A stretch of 64,000 bases of DNA from sequence record NC_048821.1; one strand, given 5' to 3'. Each line of letters starts with the position of its first letter. The stretch's first letter is position 1. Below, piece after piece: positions 36,741 to 46,160 of the stretch. A program made the position numbers and the translations under genes. The notes below the pieces were generated by a model. That model had not been told where the DNA came from, did no database searches, and worked only from the letters and a program-made list of their open reading frames with translations.

Positions 36741-37793
36741 TTATATTGGTGGGGAAGTTGGAGATCCCTTATTACCAGTGTGCTTATGGTTCTTTAACGA
36801 TACACCCGCAGCAACAACGTCTACATCGGACTCTACTACATCCTGGGCTTTAATCCCCCCGGAAGTCGCCAATGTGCCACCGCTACCACCTGGTCCCGCT
36901 GAACAACTCATGCCTCCTGCAACACCCAGATTACCTTGAATACCGACGTTACCTTTAATAGAAGTCGTAGGGCACACAATGTTAATGGAATCACCTTTCC
37001 AATCGGTTTTCTTGGCTTCCATAGTTAAGGAATCAGTAGTGACTTTCATTGTCCCTGCGTTCATGACGAAATCATTACACTTCACAAAGAATTTGTCCGT
37101 CTTCATGTTGATCGATTTAGCGGCATCAAACAGTTGAGTCCCTTTATTAATCAAAGAAATATCTTTACGGTTAATGTTGAAGATAGATCCTTCACGGTTA
37201 CGCATCACCCAGGAGTGTTTCAGTGAATCCAATGCAAAGGCATTTTTCTCAGTGTCGGTCAATGCCCACGTCCCATTTCGGGTATTGAAGCCAAGCCGAT
37301 AAGCAACAGGTTCTTTATTCGCTTGGGTGGTCTTGAACACCACTTCCTGGTGACGAGTAGAGAAAACTAAGGTGTAGTAATCTTCGAAACTAAACGGAGC
37401 ATTGCGATCAGTGTGAGGATTAGCGTTCCAAGCATACAGTACGTGTTCTAACCGGAAGCTCTCGTTTCCTATCCCCCATGTAGTCCAATAAAGCTGATCG
37501 TCATCGTTAAACTTATAGAGTGCGACCTTAGACCCTACTCGAACATCAGGGGCGGTTAATCGGTTTGGGGTGAACGGCATCCACTTGGCGGTGTAAAAGT
37601 TAGCACGTAAACCCTTGCTGGTCTGGTAACCACTTTCACCTGTGGGATTGGAACTACTGACAGCTTCGGCGTTTGCTATCCCGGCTCCGTCACTTTGTGG
37701 AAATTCAGCTTTGTTAGTGACCTTAATGAAATATGAATTCTCAGGCTTATTTTCTAAAACTGTCCCCACCCCGATGAAATTAAGTAAATTCAT
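36741..37793 (-). CDS. baseplate central spike protein (gpV/gp138-type), phiKZ gp164-like
   Basis: OB-fold-like N-terminus (APDVRVGSKVALY), beta-helix-like middle, C-terminal SLKNHKHTGNKGSPTSPPI with HxH metal motif; adjacent to SbcC as in phiKZ. Confidence 0.75.
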   Translation of the reverse strand: MNLLNFIGVGTVLENKPENSYFIKVTNKAEFPQSDGAGIANAEAVSSSNPTGESGYQTSKGLRANFYTAKWMPFTPNRLTAPDVRVGSKVALYKFNDDDQLYWTTWGIGNESFRLEHVLYAWNANPHTDRNAPFSFEDYYTLVFSTRHQEVVFKTTQANKEPVAYRLGFNTRNGTWALTDTEKNAFALDSLKHSWVMRNREGSIFNINRKDISLINKGTQLFDAAKSINMKTDKFFVKCNDFVMNAGTMKVTTDSLTMEAKKTDWKGDSINIVCPTTSIKGNVGIQGNLGVAGGMSCSAGPGGSGGTLATSGGIKAQDVVESDVDVVAAGVSLKNHKHTGNKGSPTSPPI

Positions 37794-37838
37794 ACATGGT
37801 GTCCTATAGATAAGTAGGGTAAATTAATTGAGTCAATT

Positions 37839-40316
37839 ATGATCACAGAATTACGTTTAAAGAATAATACAGGGTTGCTGACCAAAGGCACGCGTTCTGT
37901 CGAGTTAGTGTTCAGCGACCTTGTAAATATCTTCATGGGAAGAAATGGTTTTGGTAAGACCAGTATATTGAAGGAATGTCACCCATTACCACCAGATAAC
38001 GCAGACTACGCCAAAGGTGGTTACAAATACGTTAAGTGGGTAGTCAGTGAACAAGAGTTTTACATCTTGGAGTCCCACACTGGTTCCAGTTCCAAACACT
38101 CCTTTAAAAAGAATGGGGTAGAGGAACTCAATACTGGTGGTACGTTAACCGTACAAAAAGATTTATGTAAAGAGTATTTCGGTCTTACTCCATCTTTGGT
38201 TAAATACCTTACAGGTCTTAAAGTCAATGATTTATTCACTGCATTATCGACTGCTGCAAGAAAACAAATCATCATGGACATGTACCCTAACGATACCCGT
38301 TATGCGGTCGGTGTCTACAATAAAATCAAAAGCGAGTTGCGTAACTGTACCGGTGCAATTAAAAACCAACACCATCGATTAGCTGAAGAAAATCAGCGCA
38401 AAGAACAATTGATGGGTAAAAGTGTTGAACAGCTCGAACAAGAAATTGAACAACTAGACGGACGTATTAAAGAAGCCATGGTGTTGTCTGGCGCACTTGC
38501 TAACGTTGTTCCAATGGATGAAGAATTAAACCGAGACATCCGTCGTTTCGTTAAAACCACCAAAGAACTCGTGGTGGGTTCAGTCACCTCTATACAAACT
38601 CCAGAGGAATTAGAGCAACAAGCCTTACAGTATAAACGTATCATGACTAAGATGAATACGCAGATTACTGTACGTCGTTCTAAGATCACTGACTTAATGG
38701 AAACACTCAGCGGGGTTAATTACATTACTGAAACTCCAGAAGTGTTAGAGGAACAACGACTAAGACTACAGTCGCTACATCAACAAGATAGTGTTAGTGC
38801 TGCTGACGCTCAGCGTATCGTTTATCAAACCTTTGGTGAGATCAGTGACGATACCGTAGATCTAATAGCTCGCAGTTCTGGTCAACTAGTGAGCGTGTTA
38901 GACCAAGTCACTTTGGCGAGTAGCCCACAAGTCACATTGATGGATTATCGTCTTTGGGAAGAACGTTTAGAGGAAGTTAACTCTCAAGGTCGTAATCTCA
39001 AATATCAAGTTGAAGAACTTCGTCATGCTTTGAAACACTTTGATATGACCGAGGACATGAAGTGTCCTGAATGTGAACACGAGTTTAAGCCGGGATTTGA
39101 TCTAAAGGATGTCGAGCACAAACGTGCGGAGTTAACTCGATTAACAGAACAACTAAAGCGCGTTGTAGAAGAGCGCAATCGGTTAAAACAAAAACTTTCT
39201 TTAGACGAGGAATTCTACAGTTCTTTGTCCAAGGTAGTTTCCACTACCCGTTACTTGGATGATGACAACCGCACCCTGTTAAACATCCTTAAAGAACACA
39301 AAGTAGGTTACGTCGATGCGGACCCAGTCATTAACGGTATTAAGATGACAGTCCTATATCGTGAGAAACGTGACCTTATTAAACAACATGAATCTGAGAT
39401 TCAATCGTTGTCTATTCGAATAGACACTCTAAGAAGAAATGATATTTCCGAACTGGGGCGTCAATTAACAGAGCATGAATCGTTGTTGGCAAGTGAACAA
39501 GAATCGCTACGTCGCTTCAACGAAAAGCTCGAGCAAGTTGAATATAAACTAGAGGAGATGCGAACTAGAGACACCAAAATAGATTTACTAAGTGCGTTGG
39601 GTGAACACATCATGGATGCGTTCAGAGAACAAGGTAAGTTTATTTTACAGCAAGCTACTAATAATGCGATCAATGAGTGGGTTCCCGCTAAAGACCAACA
39701 CATGCAGATGTTGATTAGGGGTCGTAGTACAGAGTCTGTGATTGAATCCATCGAGCAAGATATTGTGCGTTTGGAAAACCGTCGCGAGAAACTCCAATTA
39801 TTACAAGATACGATTTGTCCTAACAAGGGCATGATCGCTAAATTGATGGAAGACTTTATTAAGGCATTAGTGGGAAATATGAATGCCGTTATACGTGAGG
39901 TATTTACCACCCCACTTTATGTATTGCCGTGTGTCAATAACAAAGGGGAGTTGTCTTACCGTTTCCCAGTCATTAACTCCATAGATGGAAAACCTTCTAA
40001 GGATGTCAGTGATTGCTCGGGTGGGGAACAAGACATCATCAACCTCGCTTTCCGTATGGTGTTGATGCGTTATCAGTCTCGCAACCGATTCCCGTTAGTT
40101 TTGGATGAAGTTGGGGTGAAACTTGATACGTACCACCAACAACGTTTGTTTGACTACATCTTAAGCATATCAACGAACGGTGACGTGAACCAGATTCTCA
40201 TGGTATCACACTTCTTCACCCACATTAGTATGTTTAAAGGTGCGAACGTCGTGGCGTTAAATTCAGAAGGCATTACTGTTCCGGAAGACGCGAATCGTAA
40301 TGCCAAGTTCAAATAA
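37839..40316 (+). CDS. sbcC: SbcC/Rad50-like SMC ATPase
   Basis: Walker A GRNGFGKTS, long coiled coils, CPEC zinc hook, signature CSGGE, Walker B LVLDE, VSH. Confidence 0.92.
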   Translation: MITELRLKNNTGLLTKGTRSVELVFSDLVNIFMGRNGFGKTSILKECHPLPPDNADYAKGGYKYVKWVVSEQEFYILESHTGSSSKHSFKKNGVEELNTGGTLTVQKDLCKEYFGLTPSLVKYLTGLKVNDLFTALSTAARKQIIMDMYPNDTRYAVGVYNKIKSELRNCTGAIKNQHHRLAEENQRKEQLMGKSVEQLEQEIEQLDGRIKEAMVLSGALANVVPMDEELNRDIRRFVKTTKELVVGSVTSIQTPEELEQQALQYKRIMTKMNTQITVRRSKITDLMETLSGVNYITETPEVLEEQRLRLQSLHQQDSVSAADAQRIVYQTFGEISDDTVDLIARSSGQLVSVLDQVTLASSPQVTLMDYRLWEERLEEVNSQGRNLKYQVEELRHALKHFDMTEDMKCPECEHEFKPGFDLKDVEHKRAELTRLTEQLKRVVEERNRLKQKLSLDEEFYSSLSKVVSTTRYLDDDNRTLLNILKEHKVGYVDADPVINGIKMTVLYREKRDLIKQHESEIQSLSIRIDTLRRNDISELGRQLTEHESLLASEQESLRRFNEKLEQVEYKLEEMRTRDTKIDLLSALGEHIMDAFREQGKFILQQATNNAINEWVPAKDQHMQMLIRGRSTESVIESIEQDIVRLENRREKLQLLQDTICPNKGMIAKLMEDFIKALVGNMNAVIREVFTTPLYVLPCVNNKGELSYRFPVINSIDGKPSKDVSDCSGGEQDIINLAFRMVLMRYQSRNRFPLVLDEVGVKLDTYHQQRLFDYILSISTNGDVNQILMVSHFFTHISMFKGANVVALNSEGITVPEDANRNAKFK

Positions 40317-40340
40317 ATTTAAATCTATATTATCTGGGTG
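40315..40340 (+). promoter_or_regulatory. early promoter candidate
   Basis: AAATTTAAATCTATATTATCTGGGTGT upstream of the nucleotidase-ligase operon. Confidence 0.55.
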
Positions 40341-40405
40341 TCCTTAGTGATTCGTAACAACTAATGCACTTTTATAGACACTCAGTTTTTAAAGGAAGTT
40401 TAATC

Positions 40406-40681
40406 ATGTCGAACACGAGAGAACCAGTGTGTCTGACCGGCACATACGACGCTAATGGCGTCATCCATTGTGATCCTAACGGTAATGAAAATATCCGTGT
40501 GGAGTTCACTAAAACACATAACCATTTGCAAGCATCGGTGTACGTTAACGAAATCAACCAAGGATTCGTAACCTTTGGGCTGAGTAACGAACGTGCCATC
40601 AGTACCTTTGCTCAAGGTGGATGTTGGAACGAGAACCAAGTGGCAGAATCGATCCACAACATCATCTCGGTTATACACTAA
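40406..40681 (+). CDS. hypothetical protein
   Basis: AAGGAAG RBS before ATG 40406 (ORF track 40364..40681). Confidence 0.55.
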   Translation: MSNTREPVCLTGTYDANGVIHCDPNGNENIRVEFTKTHNHLQASVYVNEINQGFVTFGLSNERAISTFAQGGCWNENQVAESIHNIISVIH

Positions 40682-40744
40682 TTAAGTAACGGTCTGTGGG
40701 GTGGTTGTCCATCTCACAGATCTGCTTTATTTAAGAGAAAGTCC

Positions 40745-41194
40745 ATGAATAATAAAGAAGTAATAGGGAACACCATCCCTTTATTAGACACTGAAGGGTT
40801 TTTCTCCGACGAAGGCTATCGACTTAAATCTAAGCTTTCTTTACGTTATGAACCTTACGAAGCAGTATTGGTAATCGGTAATGAATTTGAATTTGCTTTA
40901 GATGGTTGTATATTTAACCAAGGACTTATTCAAATCACCCGAGAAACGAACTGGGATGAGACCCTCCCTGAATCTCCGGTCGATTACGCCATCGATGAAA
41001 TGTTAACCACGATACAAAAACCCTGTGTGGAAATAGAGGACTTGGACCCTAGTTACCGAGAAAAGTTCAATGAGATGAGTAAAGAATTACTCGAGGCTTT
41101 TAGGGCGCAGGGTGAACAAGGCGGCAACTCATGGTTACGTGGAGATCTTTACCGTTTCAACAATGACATACAACATTTAAAACAAACCAACTAG
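40745..41194 (+). CDS. hypothetical protein
   Basis: 149 aa, co-oriented. Confidence 0.6.
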   Translation: MNNKEVIGNTIPLLDTEGFFSDEGYRLKSKLSLRYEPYEAVLVIGNEFEFALDGCIFNQGLIQITRETNWDETLPESPVDYAIDEMLTTIQKPCVEIEDLDPSYREKFNEMSKELLEAFRAQGEQGGNSWLRGDLYRFNNDIQHLKQTN

Positions 41195-41205
41195 GAACAT
41201 CACCA

Positions 41206-41850
41206 ATGCATAAACACATCACTTTTGATATGGATGACACACTCACAGCAACACATGCTTATATTCGAGAGAACTTAAAGCCGACGACTGAAGCCAACCT
41301 CCAAGCGATGATTGAATGTGATCGTGCCGGACATGCTTACATCAATGCATCCAGCGAGTTACAAGATGACATTCATGACCAGATCCTAACGAGTCAAGAG
41401 TTCATGTTAAAGTCTGGCGTGGCAGAGTGGGTCGCTAACCACTATGAAGAATTTTGTGCATTGATTATGTCCTTAAAGGCTCAAGGGCACACGTTCAGTA
41501 TTTGTACACACCGTGGCTGGTCAGAACAAGGTAAACCTTTAACCTCAGAATGGTTGAATGCTAAAGCGCTAGATCTGTTTGAGGAGATTCATTGTTTGGA
41601 CTCTAAAGAGCATCCTTGCAAGCTAACTTATTTAGAAGACCTATATGGGCGTGACTTTATCATAGTGGATGATAACCCGTATCATGGTATCGACCGCTCC
41701 AAGGAATTGAGTTACAACCAGAACGTCATTCAGTGTATTGGGGAACATACTGTTCCGGAGTACGTCCACTTCCGTACCTTTGCTAGTTTCCCTGAGTTCA
41801 AAGAACATTTATTAACCTTATTGTTAGGAGTCAAGCATGAGTCTATTTAA
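41206..41850 (+). CDS. HAD-superfamily phosphatase, 5'(3')-deoxyribonucleotidase-like
   Basis: motif I ITFDMDDTL, motif II ICTHRG, lysine in HPCKL, motif IV IIVDDNP. Confidence 0.75.
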   Translation: MHKHITFDMDDTLTATHAYIRENLKPTTEANLQAMIECDRAGHAYINASSELQDDIHDQILTSQEFMLKSGVAEWVANHYEEFCALIMSLKAQGHTFSICTHRGWSEQGKPLTSEWLNAKALDLFEEIHCLDSKEHPCKLTYLEDLYGRDFIIVDDNPYHGIDRSKELSYNQNVIQCIGEHTVPEYVHFRTFASFPEFKEHLLTLLLGVKHESI

Positions 41851-43801
41851 AACTAGACTGGAAACCCTAGTAAAACAAATCCGCTACCATGCTGGTGTGT
41901 ATTACCGGGAAGACCGCAGTGAGATCAGTGATGCTGATTACGACCTCTTGGTCCAGGAATACAACCAGATCATAAACGAACACCCCGAGTTACTCACCAC
42001 AGACACGGATGTGTTTAAAGGTAAAGCGGTTCCCATAGACACAACCGGGGCAGAATTCCAGAAAGTGAATCATGATCCCGCAATGTTGTCACTGGACAAC
42101 GTCTTTACGCCAGAAGCCTACGAGGAATGGAAGGCTAAACTCCCAGAACAAGACCAGAGCGACATTGCTTTGGAATGGAAGTTTGATGGTATCGCTTTAC
42201 GTCTGATTTACGAAGATGGTAAATTACAACAACTACTGACTCGTGGGACTGGATTGATTGGTGAGGACGTGACGGAGAACGTCGATCATTATACTAATAT
42301 CCCTGAAGAACTGCCTGAAGACTTCACTGCTGGTAAGAAAATTATCATTGACGGGGAAGGGGTGATAGACACCAAGCTATTTGAGGAATTGAATGACTTG
42401 GTCCCTACTCCTTATGTCACTCCGCGTCATGCCGCTTCAGGAATCACCCGTAACCGAAGTATGAAGGAATTGGTTAAAGGTTCCTTAACGTTCATTGCAC
42501 ACTCTTTTCCACGTGCTATTAAGAGTGGTTATAATGACACTATGATGGCGTTACGTAAGCTAGGATTCAGTACTAGTCAGGACTATCGCGTGGATGGTAT
42601 TACTGTAGATCGTCCCACACATATTCCTTTTGCGGTTGATGGGATAGTCGCTAAGGTGCGTGACCATGAGCGACGTAAGGCGTTGGGAGAAACCAACCAC
42701 CATCCCCGTTGGGCTACGGCTTACAAATTCCCTACGTTATTTGAATCCCCTAAGTTGGAAGATGTGATTTGGGAAACTGGTCGTACGGGAACCATCACTC
42801 CGGTGGCTACGTTTTCCCCTGTCATGATAGCTGGTGTAACCGTGCGACGAGCGACACTACATAACTTCCGTACGTTCCAACGAGAATCAGAAGGACTTCG
42901 TGTAGGTTCGGTGATTAAGGTTGGTATGGCAGGTGATATCATCCCTCAGTTCTTTGAAGTAGAAAAAGTAGGAAAGGGTCGTCAATGTAAGCCACCCAAG
43001 AACTGTCCTGCTTGTGAAGAACCGTTGCGTTACGAAGGTGCGGATCAAGAACAAATCTTCTTGACTTGTACCAACCACGCAAAGTGTCCAGCACAGACCC
43101 TAGGTCGCTTGTACAACTTCGGTAGCACCCATGCGATGAACATCCGTGGATTAGGTCCAGCTTCCATTAGTCGCTTCAATCAACTGGGTTTGTTAAATAA
43201 CTTTGTGGACTTCTTCCATCTCCGTGATTTAACTCAAAACACCCCGTTGTCTAAGAATGAATTAAAACTCTTAGATGAGATTGACAAGTGTCGTAAGACC
43301 AGCTTTGCCCGATTCATTACCGCTTTAGGTATCAACGGTGTCGGTAAAGGAACCGCTCGCGACTTGGCGTCACACATTAAGTCTAAGGAAGACTTCATCT
43401 CGTTCTTGGAAGATACCGAGGGATTAATGGAAATCCCCGATATTGGTTGGGGTATCGCCATGAATGTCTCGAGTTACATTAAGGAGAATCGTACTACTAT
43501 TGAAACCCTATTAGAACTGATGGAGTTTGAAGTTACGGAAGTACCGGACTCCTTAATACCAATCGTGGTGACGGGTAAGTTCCCTATCCGTCGTAAAGCA
43601 ATCGAAGAAGGGCTTTTGGCTCACGGTTATGATGTTGGTGATCGTGTGACTTCCAAGACCAAAGCAGTGGTCTTAGGTGACTTCCCTACTAAACATAAAG
43701 AGGTCACCGCAAACGAACTGGGGATCCCTGTGTTGAACATTAGCGTTCATCCGGAACTTACGGTCAGTGATATCTTAAAAGAGCTACAAGGGCGTTTATA
43801 G
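41837..43801 (+). CDS. ligA: NAD-dependent DNA ligase
   Basis: YY..D...ISDADYD domain Ia, EWKFDG, TRG.G..GEDVT, DGIVAKV, WATAYKFP, TGTITPVA, CPAC..C..C zinc finger, HhH repeats, C-terminal BRCT-like segment. Confidence 0.95.
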   Translation: MSLFKTRLETLVKQIRYHAGVYYREDRSEISDADYDLLVQEYNQIINEHPELLTTDTDVFKGKAVPIDTTGAEFQKVNHDPAMLSLDNVFTPEAYEEWKAKLPEQDQSDIALEWKFDGIALRLIYEDGKLQQLLTRGTGLIGEDVTENVDHYTNIPEELPEDFTAGKKIIIDGEGVIDTKLFEELNDLVPTPYVTPRHAASGITRNRSMKELVKGSLTFIAHSFPRAIKSGYNDTMMALRKLGFSTSQDYRVDGITVDRPTHIPFAVDGIVAKVRDHERRKALGETNHHPRWATAYKFPTLFESPKLEDVIWETGRTGTITPVATFSPVMIAGVTVRRATLHNFRTFQRESEGLRVGSVIKVGMAGDIIPQFFEVEKVGKGRQCKPPKNCPACEEPLRYEGADQEQIFLTCTNHAKCPAQTLGRLYNFGSTHAMNIRGLGPASISRFNQLGLLNNFVDFFHLRDLTQNTPLSKNELKLLDEIDKCRKTSFARFITALGINGVGKGTARDLASHIKSKEDFISFLEDTEGLMEIPDIGWGIAMNVSSYIKENRTTIETLLELMEFEVTEVPDSLIPIVVTGKFPIRRKAIEEGLLAHGYDVGDRVTSKTKAVVLGDFPTKHKEVTANELGIPVLNISVHPELTVSDILKELQGRL

Positions 43802-43831
43802 CGCCCTCCTTACCATCAAGAGGAAAACATA

Positions 43832-44140
43832 ATGGAACAAATTTACTTAGTGACTGTTCACATTGGTGAATTAACTGGGAAGGAGATCGAGGATAAGTTA
43901 AAAGCTTTTCCTAAATCCCGTATCCACTCCGTTGAAAAGTATCAGGTGACTTATTACACTAAGTTGAATAATGAAAATGTCATACTGTCTGAGTTGGAAG
44001 ATGTGACGTCTATTTCAACAAGTGGCACTGACATGATGAAACTAAGTGACCACCATTTTGTTGTTTGTCTAAAACCAAACGGTGACATCAATTTTAATAA
44101 GAAAGATCATCAACTTGCTGGTCATCTTTTTAACAATTAA
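43832..44140 (+). CDS. hypothetical protein
   Basis: 102 aa, GAGGAAA RBS. Confidence 0.6.
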   Translation: MEQIYLVTVHIGELTGKEIEDKLKAFPKSRIHSVEKYQVTYYTKLNNENVILSELEDVTSISTSGTDMMKLSDHHFVVCLKPNGDINFNKKDHQLAGHLFNN

Positions 44141-44171
44141 TCCCTCCATCTAAAGAAAAAGGAACCCCATA

Positions 44172-45410
44172 ATGGCTAACACTAAGAAAGCTGTAAAAGT
44201 AGAAACTCCTGAAGTTCCAGCGGCGGCAGAAGCTCCGGTAGTAAAAGAAGAAACAAAAATGCACATCAGTGCCCTTAAAGGTGGTGTTGTGGATAAGAAG
44301 GGTAACGTCATCATGATTGACGAATCCGGCCCTTCAAAGAAATTATCCGACCTACTAATGAGTCGTGGCTCATACCGTTACAGCGACTTAAAACGCAAGT
44401 TAAATGGTACCTCACAAAGTCGTGGGTTCTTTGACCATGACTTACCTGAACCTAAGTTAGAAGAGGTTGATTTTTATCCGATTGAAATGGGTGACGGTCT
44501 TACCATCTGGATGGACAAATCTTCTAGTGTGAAATTTGAGATCGAACGTCATCGTCCGGCATTTCTAAGAGCCAATGAAGACCCTAAAGATACCAGACCG
44601 TGTACCTTGATCGTATACAACTCAGAGGTAGAATTAGATATTGTTTCTTATTCTGACATGTTTGATAACGGCACTTCCCTCCTATTTTCAGTTGAAGGTA
44701 AAGTGGATCATATCCGAAACTCCGTCCTAGTCGGACCTGACTCCCGTCGCGGAGCGGTGGAACTAAATGCGATTCTGGATTCTGAAGTTTACTTTAACGG
44801 GTTTAAGTTCGAAGCACATCGTGTCACCAAGTCTAACGTTGAAAACTCCTACGTTCGACTATCTGGTAGCATCGAAGATTCCTTTATCACGGATTCTCAT
44901 ATCAGTTCTGAGAAATACTCTCATATTTCCAACTCAACAATCAAAAATAGTCACCTGGTTTGTAAATCAATAAGAGTCGGACGCCTTACACCATCAGACG
45001 GTGGTTACTACATCCCACGATTACATATCACGGACTTCCATTTCTACCAGTCCGATGAAGGCATTGAGATCTTCCGTGGATTCGAATTTGACACCATCGG
45101 TTCTGGTTATATGTACAACACTCTGGCGTTTGTTCCTCTGGACCGCGTTAGTGATAAAGTTGAGTTCTTGTTGTTCGCACCTAAGAAAGAAGGTGAAGAC
45201 TACGCCACACCAACTACCCGTGTGACGTGGGATATGAATAAACAAGAACTTCGTAAACACGTCAGTGCGTTGTTGTTCCCTAAACAAAGCACTGAAGACG
45301 TTCTGGGTACCATCGGTACTATTGAAGGTTCGGTAATCAACGAAGCAGTATCGGTCCTATACAACCGCCTACGCATCATTAAACAAGTTCGCACAGCTTC
45401 TATGCTGTAA
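44172..45410 (+). CDS. hypothetical protein with beta-solenoid-like I-x-(N/D)-S repeats
   Basis: IRNSVL, ILDSEV, VTKSNVENSYV, IEDSFITDSHI, ISNSTIKNSHL. Confidence 0.6.
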   Translation: MANTKKAVKVETPEVPAAAEAPVVKEETKMHISALKGGVVDKKGNVIMIDESGPSKKLSDLLMSRGSYRYSDLKRKLNGTSQSRGFFDHDLPEPKLEEVDFYPIEMGDGLTIWMDKSSSVKFEIERHRPAFLRANEDPKDTRPCTLIVYNSEVELDIVSYSDMFDNGTSLLFSVEGKVDHIRNSVLVGPDSRRGAVELNAILDSEVYFNGFKFEAHRVTKSNVENSYVRLSGSIEDSFITDSHISSEKYSHISNSTIKNSHLVCKSIRVGRLTPSDGGYYIPRLHITDFHFYQSDEGIEIFRGFEFDTIGSGYMYNTLAFVPLDRVSDKVEFLLFAPKKEGEDYATPTTRVTWDMNKQELRKHVSALLFPKQSTEDVLGTIGTIEGSVINEAVSVLYNRLRIIKQVRTASML

Positions 45411-45467
45411 GTCGTAATTAGTCCTCAGAGAGCCTTACCGGGCCTCTGAGGGTTATTAGGAGTCCCT

Positions 45468-45950
45468 ATGGATAATTTACCAACTACTGAAGTTCCCATC
45501 ACCATCAATGGGGTGGAAGAAACCGTAACGGTCACCATTAGCAATAAACCTTTATTGGTCCCTATGGCGGTTAATGCAGTAATGAATGATGACCCGTTCA
45601 TCAAATTAGCAATAAACGAGTGGGTAGCTAGCTTTCCTGAAGATGGTGTTATTTACACCTATGTGAGCGATGACGAGCTGATTACGATTGAGTTCCAACC
45701 AGAGTGTCACCTGGACATAGAAGTCACTCCTGGACAGCATGTGGCGTTCTGGACATTCAACAGTTCTTGGCAAGGCCGATTGCGTGTCGAAGGTGTGTGC
45801 GGTATGTTCAACTCCCATATCCCGGCGGCAGGTGTTGTAATGAAAGATTCGTTCTTGTTTAACCAGTACGCACTTAGTCCCGGTATTACGTTGTACAACA
45901 CCACACTCATTAAGTTAGAAGGTAACACTCGTAACGTACATATTACTTAA
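45468..45950 (+). CDS. hypothetical protein
   Basis: 160 aa, AGGAG RBS; ends in VVMKDSFL..ITLYNTTL, similar to the repeat pattern of the previous gene. Confidence 0.55.
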   Translation: MDNLPTTEVPITINGVEETVTVTISNKPLLVPMAVNAVMNDDPFIKLAINEWVASFPEDGVIYTYVSDDELITIEFQPECHLDIEVTPGQHVAFWTFNSSWQGRLRVEGVCGMFNSHIPAAGVVMKDSFLFNQYALSPGITLYNTTLIKLEGNTRNVHIT

Positions 45951-45955
45951 AAGGC

Positions 45956-45984
45956 ATCCCTCTTCCTTTATCGGGAAGAGGGAT
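45956..45984 (+). terminator. hairpin terminator
   Basis: ATCCCTCTTCC-TTTATCG-GGAAGAGGGAT followed by an A/T-rich run. Confidence 0.7.
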
Positions 45985-46005
45985 TATTAATTATTTTTTA
46001 ACTAC

Positions 46006-46095
46006 TATCCCCATCTTTTTGGGGAGGGGGAGAAAGAAAAAAGAAAAAACGTTGTCTATTTATTATTTTTAATATATTTATATACTTAATATAAC
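46006..46095. other. second copy of the G-tract/AT-rich intergenic element
   Basis: TATCC..GGGGAGGGGG 46021-46030, A-tract, TAATATATT 46070-46078, ATATACTTA. Confidence 0.55.
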
Positions 46096-46160
46096 AGCAA
46101 ATGTATTAAGTTCCTTTAATCTATACACCAGCAAATAATTAACCTTTACTAAGGAATAAC

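Noticed and set aside
8850-37842. TATG late-promoter motif at many start codons
   Set aside because: T before ATG is expected often in an AT-rich genome; not diagnostic without TSS data.
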